In this document: in pieces, positions 50,590-63,209 of the stretch
Position numbering within the stretch: the stretch's first letter is position 1
How the letters are laid out: each line of letters begins with the position of its first letter
NCBI GenBank assembly: GCA_026770705.1
Contig: JANJGN010000052.1
Coordinates: 310,001 to 374,000, forward strand
Length of the DNA: 64,000 nucleotides
Direction of reading: 5' to 3'
DNA from: Isurus oxyrinchus
Taxonomy: Eukaryota
Notes under the pieces: generated by a model
What the model saw: only the letters and a program-made list of their open reading frames with translations
What the model was told of the DNA's origin: nothing
Databases searched by the model: none
Made by a program: the position numbers and the translations under genes

Positions 50590-51410
50590 CGGGGGTCAGG
50601 GGCTGTGGGTGGGTCGGTCATGGTGGTGGGGGTGGGGGAGGGGGGTGGTAGGGATGGTTGGGGAGGGGGGTGGGTTGGTCGGACATGGTGGTGGGGGTGG
50701 GGGTGTGGATGGTGGGGGTGGAGGTGGGGAAGAGGGTGGGGGTCTGGATGTGGGTGTCGGTGGGAGTGTGGGTGGGGCTGGGGGTGGGGGTGGGGGTGGT
50801 GGGGGTGGGGGTGGGGGTTGTGGGGGTGGTAGCATGGGTGATGGTGGGGGTGGAGGTGGTAGGGGTGGGGGAGGGGGTGGGGGTGGTGATGGGGTGTGGG
50901 TGTGGGTGGGGGCGGTGGGGGTGGGGGCAGGGGAGGGGGTGGTGGTGGGGGTGGTGGGGATGGGGGTGCGGTGGGGGTGGGGATGTTGGGGGTGTGGGTG
51001 GGGGAGGGGGTGGTGGGGGTGGTGGGGGTGCATGTGGGGGTGGGTGTGGGGGTGGGGGTGTGGGGTTGGGGAGGGGTAGGGTGTGGGGTTGGGGGGGGTG
51101 GGGGTGGGGGAGGGAGTGGTGAGGGTGGGGGAGGGGGAGGGTTTGGAGGTGGTGGTGGGGGTGGGGGAGGGGGTGGGTTTGGGGGTGGGTGTGGGGGAGC
51201 TGGTGGGGTGGTGGTGGGGGAGGGTGTGGGTGCTGGGCGTGGGGGTGGGCGTGGGGGTGTGGGGGTGGGGGTGGGGTGTGGGGGTGGGGGTGGGGTGTGG
51301 GTGGTGGGCGTGGGGGTGGGTGAGGTGGAGGGGGTGGGGGTATGGGGGAGGGGGTGGTGGGGATGGGGGTGTGGGGGTGGGGTTGGTTGTGGGGGTGGGG
51401 AGGGGGTGAT
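50590..51410. repeat. G-rich (GGGGGT-like) low-complexity tract
   Basis: About 800 bp dominated by G-runs. Confidence 0.95.
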
Positions 51411-52974
51411 GTGGTCTAGAATAGCAGTCCGACTGGGTGACCCCGGAGCGGTGAGGGGTCAGGGGAGGGCCCGGTGGGGGTCGGGTCCCTCAGGCACCGA
51501 TAAAAAGCGGGGCCTTCAGAAAGGCCCATTTGAGAGGTGGGTGGTCAATGGTGAAGACCCTGTGCCTCGGGGGAGACGTCGTCGTCTTGTCAGGCGAGTG
51601 TCCGACTGTAAACTCTGTCCGCCTGTTACCTGAGCCTGGAACGTTCGGCCCATCATGGGCTTTCCCATCAATGGTGAAGTCCCTGTGGGGGAGGGGCAGT
51701 CCCTTGAGTCATGGTGGGGACAATGGACGAGCTTCTTTATGTGGGAGGGTCTCACCAGGGATTGGCTGAGAGCAATTGGGAGATGGGAGGAGCTTATGAG
51801 AATCTGTTTTTACACAAGGAGCGTCTGGCGATGACCCCGCCCCACACAGGGGCAGCCCTGGCTACATGGCCACGCCCCCCAGCTGCTCTGTCATTGGCCG
51901 CTTCCTCATCCTCATCCCTTCCAGAATCTTCCAAACGGACAGAGGAGCAGGCAGCACATTCTTCATACCCTTGCTGGGGCAGATTGCAGAGCTCCACCTG
52001 GGGCCAATATTTACCCCCAACTAACACCCTAAAAACAGATGGTCTGGCTCATTCTCACATTGCTGTTTGTGGGAGCTTGCTGTGCGTAAATTGACTGTGG
52101 TGTTTCCTACATTACAACGGGGATCTGCACTTCACAGATAGTCCTTCATTCCCTGAGAAATGGTTTTGAACAGTGGATGCTGTGGAACAGTAGGAAACAT
52201 GGCAGACAATTTCTGCACAGCAGGATCCCACAAACAGCAGTGAGATACAGACCCAGAACATCTGTTTTTTTTTAATGATGTTGGTTTAGGGATAAATATT
52301 GGTCCCAGGACACTGGGGATAACTGCCCCACCCGACTCCATACCCACCCCCTACACTTCACCCAAAAAGTGTCCATGGGGTTTTTGACATCCATCCGAGG
52401 TGTCCACTCTGTGCCTGTTCCAGGATCTTGAGGCTCAAGACCCAACATTGGGTTCACTTTGAGCCTATCCAATCAGGCACAGGGACTGTTCCCACAAACT
52501 GCCAGGCCCTGACTTAAGGCTATTGTTCCCTCGCGGCATGAGAGGGATGATGGGTTGAAGGTCATCTTTCACCCGAATCCTGTCTTAACAACATTGTAAA
52601 CGCAGTAGGAAAAATCCCACTGGCCCCTTGTATCTTAACAACATCGTAAACATGACCTAAAGAATCCCCTGGTCACCCCTGAGTGTTTCTAATATTGTAA
52701 ACACAGTGGGCATATTTCCTCCAGCCTCTGAGAGGTAAAACTATGACACTAGAGCATCGCCACTGGCAGGAGGGTGTAACTACAGTGTGACATGTTTACA
52801 TGGGAATGTTACATTACAAATGAAGGTACATGATTGTAAATAATGAAAAGGGCATGTGATAACAGGAAATGGTGCCTTGAGAATGGAATTATTCACCAGA
52901 GAATGGTATTCACATTTGAAAAACAATGTACAGAAATGTCTGAGCATTTTAATTGCTTGTTTTTTATATTCATT

Positions 52975-53998
52975 TATGGGATGTGGGTGGCGCTGTCTAG
53001 GCCAGAATTATTGCCCATCTCTAATAGCCCTTGAGAATGTGGTAGTGAGCTGCCGTCTTGAACTGTTGCAGTCCATGTGGGGTAGGTACACCCACAGTGC
53101 TGTTAGGGAGGGAATTGCAGGATTTGGACCCAGTGACAGTGCAGGAACGGCCGTATATTTCCAAGTCAGGATGGGGGTGAGTGACTCTGAGGGTAACTTC
53201 CAGGTGGTGCTGTTACCATGTATCTGCTGCCCTGTAATTCGAGATGGTAGTGGTTGTGTGTTTGAAGGTGCTGCCTAAGGAGTCTTGGTGAGTTCCTGCA
53301 GTGCACCTTGTAGATGGTACACACTGCTGCTACTGTGTGTCGGTTGTGCAGAGAGTGGATCTAGCGGGGCTGCTTTGTCCTGAGTGGTGTTGAGTTTACT
53401 GAATCTTGTTGGAGCTGCACTCATCCAGGCAAGTGGAGAGTCTTCCATCACACTCCTGACCTGTGCCTTGAAGGTGGTGGACAGGCTTTGGGGAGTCTGG
53501 AGTGAGTTACTCACTGCATGATTCCCAGACACTGATCTGCTCTTGTAGCCACAGTGTTTATATGGCTAGTCCAGTTCAGTTTCTGGTCAATGGTAATCCC
53601 CAGGATGTTGATAGTGGGGGATTCAGCAATGGTAATGCCATTGAACATTAAAGGGCGATGGTTAGATTCTCTCTTATTGGAGATGGTCATTGCCTGACAC
53701 TTGTCAGCGCAAGCCTGGATATTGTCCAGGTCTTGCTGCATTTGGACAAGGACTGTTTCAGTATCTGAGGAGCCGTGAACGGTGCTGAACATTGTGCAAT
53801 CATCAGTGAACATCCACACTTCTGTCCTTATGATGGAAGGAAGGTCATTGATGAAGCAGCTGAAGATGGTTGGGCCGAGGACACTACTCTGAGTAACTCC
53901 TGCAGTGAAGTCTTGGAACTGAGATGATTGACCTCCAACATCCACAACTATCTTCCTTTGTGCTGGGTATGGCTCCAACCAGTGGAGAGTTTTCCCTC
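52975..53998 (-). mobile_element. LINE RT fragment (CR1/L2 group), continuing at 54961-55060
   Basis: GVTQSSVLGPTIFSCFINDLP..MFTDD and LGITIDQKLNW. Confidence 0.88.
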
Positions 53999-54960
53999 TG
54001 TTATGATGTGGTAGATGATGTGTGCCAGGGGGACAAAATCCACAAGGGAAACTTGGTCACACTATTACAACGGTTTTGCAATTTGTATTTATTATGAGAT
54101 GTGTGCACTGAATTCAGGAGTAATGTGTCAACCAAGACATTTAGAGATCTTAAAAATTAAATTTCAATATTTATTAACAAAATACAAGATTTCAAGCACA
54201 CACATAAGGATACGGTTACTACTATAACAAATCCTAAACTTCCTAATTAACCTTAAAGATGGTGGACAGGCATTGGGAAGTCTGGAGATGAGTAGTACAA
54301 CCCCATTTAAGGCAACAGTCCAAAATAGATTTTAGATTTAAAAACAAAACCAGCAAGTTAACACAGAACACACTTGAGAGTGGAATTCCAAATGGCTTTC
54401 TCAATCTATAGTCACTGAACATAACAGACCTATGGAGAAATGCCTGGAGGCTTCTTCAAGGCTGATTCACACACTCTTGTTAGATTTTACATGGTCCCCA
54501 AAATAGCCTTTCATTCTCCTTTGTTTATGTTCCTCTCTCTTTGATATGTAAATTTCATTGTTCCATATGTCTTTGGAATGATACATTTCCCATAATATAA
54601 AAACTTTCATGTTGCCAATGTTGTCAATAACCTTTGGGAAAAATAAACACACTCCTTTGCCTTGCATATCGGCCTCGTTGTAAACAGACCAACAGCCCTT
54701 TGAAATCCAAACAATCCCGTCACTTATCTAAAAATGCAAATTCCCCTCACACCTTACATGCTAAGTCAGCCTCCATGTGTTCTCATTAGCATTTCAAGTA
54801 CATTTCTACATCTAGCTTCTTTTGATAATCTCAAACTTGCAGTCTACCTGACTCCAGATGTAATTAAACCACACAGACAGACCCATCTACACTCACACCC
54901 ATAAACCTAGTTTACAACAAACCAGGAAAATATTAAGCAAATTATTATACTTTCGTACCA
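53999..54960 (-). mobile_element. Solo LTR-like element nested in the LINE
   Basis: TG...CA ends, C-rich imperfect flanking repeat, LINE sequence on both sides. Confidence 0.65.
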
Positions 54961-55251
54961 CCCCTGATTCCCATTGACTCCAGTTTTACTCGGGCTCCTA
55001 GATGCCACACTCGGTCAAATGCAGCCTTGATGTCAAAGGCAGTCACTCTCACCTCACCTTGTATTAACAGATGTAACATTATACATAATTCATAAGCTTC
55101 TCACAATCTTTTACAGCATGGAAAAAGGTGCAGCATTCAGAAAGCTCACTCAGAACTAATAAAAAAAAGTTGAGCAACATCATATTTCTGTTCATTACTA
55201 TTTGGCCATGTTGGCTGCACACACCCCACAGCCCCGCTCCCTGTTTCACAC

Positions 55252-55500
55252 TCAGTTTTTCTGGAACCTGATCTGTGCGTATTCCGTGTCCTCGCTCCTG
55301 TGCACAGTCCTGTCACCGCTGGGCAGCTTTGAAAAGTTGATGTTGGCGTAGAGAATCTCGTCGGGTTTGTCAGGATTCCCATGTCCAACATCGCCTCCTA
55401 CTGGACCTTCAGAGAGATCCCGGGGAGCTGGGGTCTCCCCCTCACTAGTTGTGTCTCTGGTTGTGTCCCGGGGCTCAGTAATCAGCACGTTCTGTTTACC
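55252..55500 (-). CDS. Gene D distal terminal exon: ITIM (ILYANI) plus ITSM (TEYAQI)
   Basis: TCTCTGTAG acceptor, phase 0: GKQNVLITEP..DEILYANINF..EDTEYAQIRFQKN-stop. Confidence 0.9.
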   Translation of the reverse strand, partial: GKQNVLITEPRDTTRDTTSEGETPAPRDLSEGPVGGDVGHGNPDKPDEILYANINFSKLPSGDRTVHRSEDTEYAQIRFQKN

Positions 55501-55574
55501 CTACAGAGAAATGGAAACAGAAGACATCCTCACATCAATTACTGGCACTGATAGGGTTAAATTATTGTGCAGAC

Positions 55575-56090
55575 TTGTTTAATTCTCTGTCTCCTATCGG
55601 ATAAAAGGCACCACCTATGGCAGTGCAGCACTCCCTCAGTACTGACCCTCCAACAGTGCAGCACTCCCTCAGTGCTGACCCTCCGACAATACAGCGCTCC
55701 CTCAGTACTGACCCATCGACAGTGCAGCACTCCCTCAGTACTGACCCTCTGTCAGTGCAGCACTCCCTCAGTACTGACCCTCCAACAGTGCAGCACTCCC
55801 TCAGTGCTGACCCTCCGACAATACAGCGCTCCCTTAGTACTGACCCTCTGTCAGTGCAGCACTCCCTCAGTACTGACCCTCCAACAGTGCAGCACTCCCT
55901 CAGTACTGTCCCTCTGACAGTGCAGCACTCCCTCAGTACTGACCCTCCGACAGTGCAGCACTCCTTCAGTACTGACCCGCTGTCAGTCCCGCACTCCCTC
56001 GGTAATGGCTCTGGTGAGTGACGGCTTGGATTCTGCACTCAGGTGCCTGGTGTGAGGCTCAATAACATGAACCTTGTAATCAGAGAGAGA
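55575..56090 (-). mobile_element. SINE with internal 33-bp tandem expansion
   Basis: The array is flanked by SINE-like sequence on both sides; a shorter paralog lies at ~58780-59030. Confidence 0.75.
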
Positions 56091-57199
56091 GGATGAGAGA
56101 GAGAGATAGAGATGAAGGGACAGAGACAGAGTGTTATTAATCTATTAATGTTTGTATTATAAATGCAAACTGTCTTTTTAAACAGAGGTTTAGTCTGTGT
56201 GTGTGTCTGTGTGTATTTAAATTGGATTAAAGACAGCCAGTCTGTGTGCTTTGATGTATAGTAGTTTTGAGATGCAAACAAAGAGGTAAAGTGGTAATTT
56301 GCATTTTTAAATAAAACATTCAAAGTCTGAGAGTGAAATCTTAAACCAATCAACGTTTATATTACTAATAAAATTGATACGATGAAAGGGGATTTATTAT
56401 TGGAAGAGATGGAGTTCAAAGGTCCTGATGATACATTGCGAATTTACCTTCAAACAGAAGCCATAAGACCATAAGACATAGGATGAGAAATTAGACCATT
56501 CGGTCCATCGAGTCTGCTCCACCATTCATACATGGCTGATATGTTTCACAAACCCCATTCTCCCACCTTCTCTCCTAACCATTGATCCCCTGACCAATCA
56601 AGAGCCCATCAATCTCCATCTTCTTCACACTCAAGAGCTGGGTATAACTTGAGCAGTTTTGTGTGTGCAGAGCAGAGGCTTGTAACATCAAAGCAGCTGT
56701 AATACTTCACCTGTCTGCAAAGGAACCAAAGTGAAAGGAACCTCATTTGGAATTTGTGAGGTGAAAATGCTTTGCCTAGTGTCTGCTTAAAGTCTATGGG
56801 TTGTCTTGGAGGAGATTAGTTTGAGAATTTGTTATAAAGTTATGATAATACTAGTTTGTAGCCATGTGCATATGTTTAACTTGTGAAAATTAATAAATGT
56901 CTCATTTAGATTGATATAAAATCATCTTGAGAACTGGTGGTCTTATTCCTGAATTTAGAGCTGCATCTCAAACATTCCACTGGGAAATATAGGTTACGAC
57001 AGCTGTTTAAAGTTTCCCTCTGGGATTTTAAGCAACAGCCTTTACCAGTTGCTGTGTCATAACAGAGAGACAGCATGATACTGAACCATTGCTGACCCCA
57101 CAGGTACAAATCAGTGGGTAACTGGGCTGGGAATCTGGGACATATGTTGTCTACACACTGAGATTGAAGCTTTGGAGTGAGTGTAAACAGCTCCTGTAC

Positions 57200-57281
57200 C
57201 TGGTGCTTCACAGAGAGTGGACTGGGGGTCAATGCAATGTCACTGGTCCCTGAAACTCTCTCCTCCATCGCTGTCTTTCTC
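57200..57281 (-). CDS. Gene D cytoplasmic exon 1, distal copy
   Basis: CAG acceptor, CAG|GTACAG donor, 82 nt, phase 2-0: RKTAMEERVSGTSDIALTPSPLSVKHQ. Confidence 0.82.
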
Positions 57282-57411
57282 CTGCAATAACAAAATATCA
57301 CACTGTGGTTATCATATAGCAGAGAGTCAGTGCAGCACAGACACAGAGCCCACTGTAACCTTACACCAATGACTGGACTCTCTCTTTAAATCACCTCTGC
57401 ACAAAGCACAG

Positions 57412-57880
57412 AATCAAGACGCTCGACACCATCCAGGACAAAGCAGCCCGATTGATCCATACCACATCCACCACATTAAACATTCACTCCCTCCACCATG
57501 AACACACAGTGGCAGCAGTGTGTGTACCATCTACAAGATGCACTGCAGCAACTCAGCAAGGCTCCTTCAACAGCACCTTCCAAATACGCGACCTCTACCA
57601 TCCAGAAGGACAAGGACAGCAGACACATGGGAACACCACCACCTGGAAGTTCCCCTCCAAGTCACTCACCATCCTGACTTGGAAATATATCACCGTTCCT
57701 TCACTGTCGCTGGGTTAACATCCTGGAATTCCCTCTCTAACAGCACTGTGGGTGTACCTACACCACATGGACTGCAGCGGGTGAAGAAGGCAGCTCACCA
57801 CCACCTTCTCAAGGGCAGTTAGAGATTGGCATCAATGCGGACATCATCAGTGACAGCCACATTCGATGTAAGAATTAAAA
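57412..57880 (+). mobile_element. LINE 3' fragment (paralog at ~59747-60217)
   Basis: LDTIQDKA..IYKMHCSNS..SWNSL..KKAAHHHLLKG; same family as 52975-53998. Confidence 0.8.
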
Positions 57881-57898
57881 ACCTCACAGCTCAATGTA

Positions 57899-57904
57899 TT
57901 TATT
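57899..57904 (-). terminator. Candidate polyA signal for the proximal tail of gene D
   Basis: Minus-strand AATAAA ~530 nt after the stop at 58433, next to the duplication junction. Confidence 0.45.
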
Positions 57905-58432
57905 GTGACCCTGCTGCACACACGCCCTGTCGAAGGAACCTCTGTGGTTCCATTGTTAATCGAAGCAGATCAGAGTTACTGCAACAACTTGCATTTATAT
58001 AGCACCTTCAATGTAGCAAAATGTCCCAAGGCTCATCCGGGGATTGTTAGTCACATTTCACCTGACTCTGAGGCACATGAGGAGATATTAGGGACAGGAG
58101 ACCAACTGCTGAGTCAACAAAGTCAGTTATTAACGGGCATCTTAAAGGAGGAGCTGGAGATAGAGAATGAGAGACAGACACAGAAAGAAAGAGAGAGACA
58201 GAGAGGAAGAGAGAGAGAGAAAGAGAGAGAGACAGTGAATCTCACTCCCCAATGGCTCAGCATCCAGTCCTCTCTGGAGAAGCATTTCATTCCAAACCAC
58301 ACCAACCGTAGCCCAATTCCATCCCTTCCTCCCTCTCTCCCCCTCTCCCCCAGTGGGTTGTTTCCTGTTCCCAGGAATCTCAATCCCTACCCGCACACCC
58401 ACATTTCCTCACTCCCACTCCCCATTTCTCAT

Positions 58433-58681
58433 TCAGTTATGCTCAAACCTGATCTGTGCGTATTCCGTCTCCTCTTCCCTGTGGACAGACCCATCACCAC
58501 TGGACACCCTCAAAACTTGGGGATTGGCGTAGAGAAACTCTTCAGGTTTGCCGGGGTTCCCAAGTCCAGCATCGCCTCCCACTGCACCTTCAGAGGGACC
58601 CCGGGGAGCTGGGGTCTCCCCCTCGCTAGTTGTGTCTCTGGTTGTGTTCCGGGGCTCAGTAATCAGCACGTTCTGTTTACC
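58433..58681 (-). CDS. Gene D proximal terminal exon: degenerate ITIM (FLYANP) plus ITSM (TEYAQI)
   Basis: TAG acceptor, phase 0, 249 nt open to the stop, same length as the distal copy. Confidence 0.85.
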   Translation of the reverse strand, partial: GKQNVLITEPRNTTRDTTSEGETPAPRGPSEGAVGGDAGLGNPGKPEEFLYANPQVLRVSSGDGSVHREEETEYAQIRFEHN

Positions 58682-59534
58682 CTACAGAGAAATGGAAACA
58701 GAAGACATCCTCACATTATTTACTGGCACTGATAGGGTTAAATTATTGTGCAGCTTCGTTAATGTCAGTCGTGTCTCAGTGGGTTTAACTCTCTCTCCCA
58801 TGTCTTATGAAAGAAACCACCTATGGCAGTGCAGTGCTCCCTCAGGACTGACCCTCCAACAGTGCAGCACATCCTCAATAGTGACCCTCTGTCAGTCTCG
58901 CACTCCCTCAGTACTGACCCGCTGTCAGTCTCGCACTCCCTCGGTAATGGCTCTGGTGAGTGACGGCTTGGATTCTTCACTCAAGTTTCTGGTGTGAAGC
59001 TCATTAACGTGCACCTTGTAATCAGAGAGAGGATGAGAGAGAGAGAAAGAGAGAGAAAGAAAGGGAGGTTGAGATAGAGAGAGAGACTGGAATTTGAGAG
59101 GTGAAAATGCCTGGAATCTGCTTAAAGACTATGGGTTGTCTTAGAGGAGATTAGTTTGAGAATTTGTTAAAAAGTTATGATAATACTAGTTTGTAGCCAT
59201 GTGCATATGTTTAACTTGTGTAAATTAATATATGTCTCATTTAGTTTGATATAAACCCATCTCGAGAACTGGTGGTCTTATTCCTGAATTTAGAGATGCA
59301 TCTCAAACATTCCACTGGGAAATATAGTTTATGACAGTTGTTTAAAGTTTCCCTCTGGGATTTTAAACAACAGCCTTTACCAGTTGCTGTGTCATAACAG
59401 AGAGACAGCATGATACTGAACCATTGCTGACTCCACAGGTACAAATCAGTGGGTAACAGGGCTGGGAATCTGGGACATGTGTTGTCTACACACTGAGATT
59501 GAAGCTTTGGAGTGAGTGTAAACAGCTCCTGTAC

Positions 59535-59616
59535 CTGGTGCTTCACAGAGAGTGGACTGGGGGTCAATGCAATGTCACTGGTCCCCGAAACTCTCTCCTC
59601 CATCGCTGTCTTTCTC
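59535..59616 (-). CDS. Gene D cytoplasmic exon 1, proximal copy
   Basis: 82 nt, phase 2-0; same peptide as 57200-57281. Confidence 0.85.
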
Positions 59617-60339
59617 CTGAAATAACACAATATCACACTGTGGTTATCATATAGCAGAGAGTCAGTGCAGCACAGACACAGAGCCCAGTGTAACCTTACA
59701 CCAATGACTGGACTGTCACTTTCAATCACTTCTGCACAAAGCACAGAATCAAGAAGCTTGACACCATCCAGGACAAAGCAGCCCGATTGATCTACACCCC
59801 ATCCCCCACATTAAACATTTACTCCCTCCACCATGAACACACAGTGGCAGCAGTGTGTGTACCATCTACAAGATGCACTGCGGCAACTCAGCAAGGCTCC
59901 TTCAACAGCACCTTCCAAACCCACGACCTCTACCATCTAGAAGGACAAGGGCAGCAGACACATGGGAACACCACCACCTGGAAGTTCCCCTCCAAGTCAC
60001 TCACCATCCTGACTTGGAAATATATCACCGTTCCTTCACTGTCGCTGGGTCAAAATCCTGGAACTCCCTCTCTAACAGCACTGTGGGTGTACCTACACCA
60101 CATGGACTGCAGCGGGTCAAGAAGGCATCTCACTACCTCATTCTCAAGGGGCAATTAGGGAATGGGCAATTAGTATTGGCCACGCCAGTGACAGTCACAT
60201 TCGATGAAAGAATTTAAAATCTCACAGCTCAGGAGGAAGCCACTCAGCCCATCGTGCCTGTGCTGGCCCTTTGTAAAAACTGTCCAATTAATCCTAAACA
60301 AATGTTTATATTAAAATCAAGTTAAATCTTCAGACTTAC

Positions 60340-60436
60340 TTTCTCACACAGATGAAGATGAAGATTCCAGCCAGGAAAACACTCAACATGATCCCAGCCG
60401 TGAACAATCCTACTGTCCATTTACTGGAGTCTCTAC
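60340..60436 (-). CDS. Gene D TM exon (uncharged)
   Basis: TTTTTACAG acceptor, GTAAGT donor, phase 1-2: GRDSSKWTVGLFTAGIMLSVFLAGIFIFICVR(K). Confidence 0.9.
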
Positions 60437-60865
60437 CTGTAAAAACAGCCATTAATTACTGCACTACAGGTTTACAATGATGCTCCGATGTATCTCGAGA
60501 AGCGATACACTCACTCAGTGTTTAAATACTCATTCTCGGGCAATGCTGACATTTATTGTCCATCCCTAGTTTCCCTTGAGAAGGTGGTGGGGGGTCTTCC
60601 TCCTGAACCACTGGTTTGTCCCAAACTGGGAGACCAGTTCAGAGGGCAGGTAAGAGTTAACCATGTTGGTGTTTGAGACTGGAGTCACATATACACCCAG
60701 ACCTGTTAAAATGGACAGGTTTCCCTCACTAAATGTGTAATTATATCTTTAATTTCTATATATATGTATCAACTAACATGACTAAAATAATCATTTATCA
60801 CCTCATCTTCACACTGTTGTTTGTGGGATCTTGCTCTGCACAAATCAGCTGTTGCGTTTCTCAAC

Positions 60866-60986
60866 GTAATCTATGTAACATTTATATATAATATTTATCA
60901 ATGTAATCTATGTAACATTTATATATAATATTTATCAATGTAATCTATGTAACATTTATATATAATATTTATCAATGTAATCTATG
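60866..60986. repeat. 37-bp AT-rich tandem repeat (~3.3 copies)
   Basis: GTAATCTATG recurs at 60866, 60903, 60940 and 60977. Confidence 0.95.
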
Positions 60987-61356
60987 AAATGTTTATATAA
61001 AATATTTTATCGTTTGGGAGGAGAACCTGAGTATTGCTGAGAAAGGACATTTTGTCAAAGCTTTCTGTCTTGCACCCAATGAAGCAGCTTATCTGGGGGA
61101 GAGGGTTCCAGATTTCCACTCCCCTTTGTGTGAAGAAGTGCTTCCTGACATCACCCACTGAACGGCCTGGCTCCAATTTGACCAAGAGTTGCCATTGTCA
61201 CATGAGGTCAGGCGATTCAAAGCTTGGTCAAAGGGGTCAATTGTAAAGAGCATCTTAGAGGAGGTAGAGAGAGAGGTGGAGAGGTTGAGGGAGGGAATTC
61301 TCGAGTTTAGGGATCAATCCAGCTGAGTGGAGATCGATCCTGAGCGAGTCTCTCAC

Positions 61357-61650
61357 CTTTGACCCACAGATACATCTTGAACATGGCTTCCCCGTGTGGG
61401 TTTTGAACCGAGCAGGATGCCATCACTCCCCCCTCATCCTGGGGTCTCATCAGGGTGAGGGAACCAGTCACCAGATGCCCATCTCTGACCTGCCACGACA
61501 CAAAACCTCCGTGTGTTTGGTTACCACTGATTTTGGCACTGGGCAGGTGCCAGGTGAGGTCTCCGGGTGGGTTGGAGTTGGCCACACAGACGCAGGTGAC
61601 CCCCTCTGACCTCCGAGTGCACTCCAACTGCTGGGAAATCTCCGGCTTAT
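61357..61650 (-). CDS. Gene D membrane-proximal Ig exon (MAG D5 / CD33-related type)
   Basis: 294 nt, phase 1-1: YKPEISQQLECTRRSEGVTCVCVANSNP, with the C..CxC pattern of Siglec membrane-proximal domains. Confidence 0.9.
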
Positions 61651-61779
61651 CTGAGGAGGGAAGGACAACAATGAGACAACTTCATAGCAAAGTTAGAGCG
61701 TAAGATAGAATCTTAACACTGAAACACTCATTCCCTCCTTTGTTACCTCCGCACTCGACTATCCCAACACTCTCCTGCC

Positions 61780-62480
61780 CGACCTCCCATCTTCCACTCT
61801 CCGGAAACATCAGCTCATCCCAAACTCTGCTGTCCCCATGTCCTAACTCACACCGAGTCCCGTTCACACATCACTCCCTGTTGGTCACTGAGCTACACTG
61901 GCTCCCGGTCCGACAATGCCACAATTTTAAAATTTACATCGTTTCAAATTCCTCCTTACTCCCTCCCTATCTCTGTTACCTCCTCCAGCATCTACAACCC
62001 TCCCTATCTCTGTAACCTCCTCCAGCCCCTTCAACCCTCCCTATCTCTGTAACCTCCTCCAGACCCCACAACCCTCCCTATCTCTGTAACCTCCTCCAGC
62101 CCCTACACACCTCCCTATCTCTGTTACCTCCTCCAGCATCTACAACCCTCCCTATCTCTGTTACCTCCTCCAGCCCCTACAACCCTCCCTATCTCTGTAA
62201 CCTCCTCCAGCCATCACAACCCTCCCTATCTCTGTAACCTCCTCCAGCCTCTACAACCCTCCGAGATCTCTGTGTTCCTCCAATTCCGGCCTCTTGACCA
62301 TCCCCCGATTCCTATCGCTCCACCATTGGCGGCCGTGCCTTCAGCTGCCTGGGCCCCGAGCTCTAGAATTCCCACCGTAAACCTCTCCATGTCTATCTCT
62401 CTCCTCATTTCAGACACTCCTTAAAATCTGGCCTCTTTCTCTGAGCTTTCAGTCCCTGTTCTGATATCTCCTTATGTATC
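61780..62480 (+). mobile_element. L2-type LINE 3' region with 37-bp tandem expansion (61960-62265)
   Basis: LHWLPV and PPYLCYLLQ motifs; unit CCCTCCCTATCTCTGTAACCTCCTCCAGCCCCTACAA. Confidence 0.8.
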
Positions 62481-62606
62481 TCGGAGAGGCGCAGGGTGAA
62501 AAAAGCAGGGAGGTGATGCTAGTTATGCTAAACCACAGCAAGGAAGCTGCCCTCAGACAGAAAGTGTTTGAGTTTTAAGCAGAGACAGGGGGAGTAAAAT
62601 GCTTAC

Positions 62607-62882
62607 ATTGTACGTTCAGGTGGGTGATGTTGGAGATGCTGTTACCCATTGGGTTCCTCGCTGTGCAGTAGAAACCTGCATCATTCTCCCGTGTTACAGG
62701 AGTGAAGGAGAGAGTGCGGCTACTTGTGTTTAACTGGGTGCTGGTGTTCCCCTCGATCCTGAACCAGGTGTAATGAGATATCGGTGGGACACTTTCACTG
62801 GAGCAGGTTAATGTGATATTGCTTCCCTCTCTTATCCCACCTGAGGATCTGCTGATGGACACCATCGTCTCCTGTGGGGGAT
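62607..62882 (-). CDS. Gene D C2-type Ig exon (CD22/sialoadhesin-like)
   Basis: 276 nt, phase 1-1: PPQETMV..REGSNITLTCSSESVPP..YTWF..DAGFYCTARNPMG..LNVQ. Confidence 0.92.
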
Positions 62883-63209
62883 CTGGAACAAAGACAGAGA
62901 ACAATCAGCAGGTAATCCCCACACCCCACAGCTCTCCGAAATCTCTGCGCTCCTCCAATTCTGAACTCTTGGACATTCTCCCATTCCCATCTCTCCACCA
63001 TTGGCGGCCGTGCCTTAAGCTGCCTGGACCCTAACCTCTGGAATTCCCTCCATCATTTCTCACCTCCTTCGGACAAAATCTGACCCTGAGTCACATTAGG
63101 AGATATTAGGAAAGGTGAGCAAAAGCTCGCTGAAAGCAGGAGGTTTTAACGGTGTGTCTTAATGGTTTTAAGGAGCATCTTAATGGTTGAGAAAGAGTTG
63201 GAGATTGTG

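Noticed and set aside
50561-51633. Gly-rich and Pro-rich ORFs
   Set aside because: Translations of the G-rich low-complexity tract.
55252-62882. Assigning MAG, CD22 or CD33 gene symbols
   Set aside because: Domain features are mixed and the 5' exons are missing; orthology needs phylogeny and synteny.
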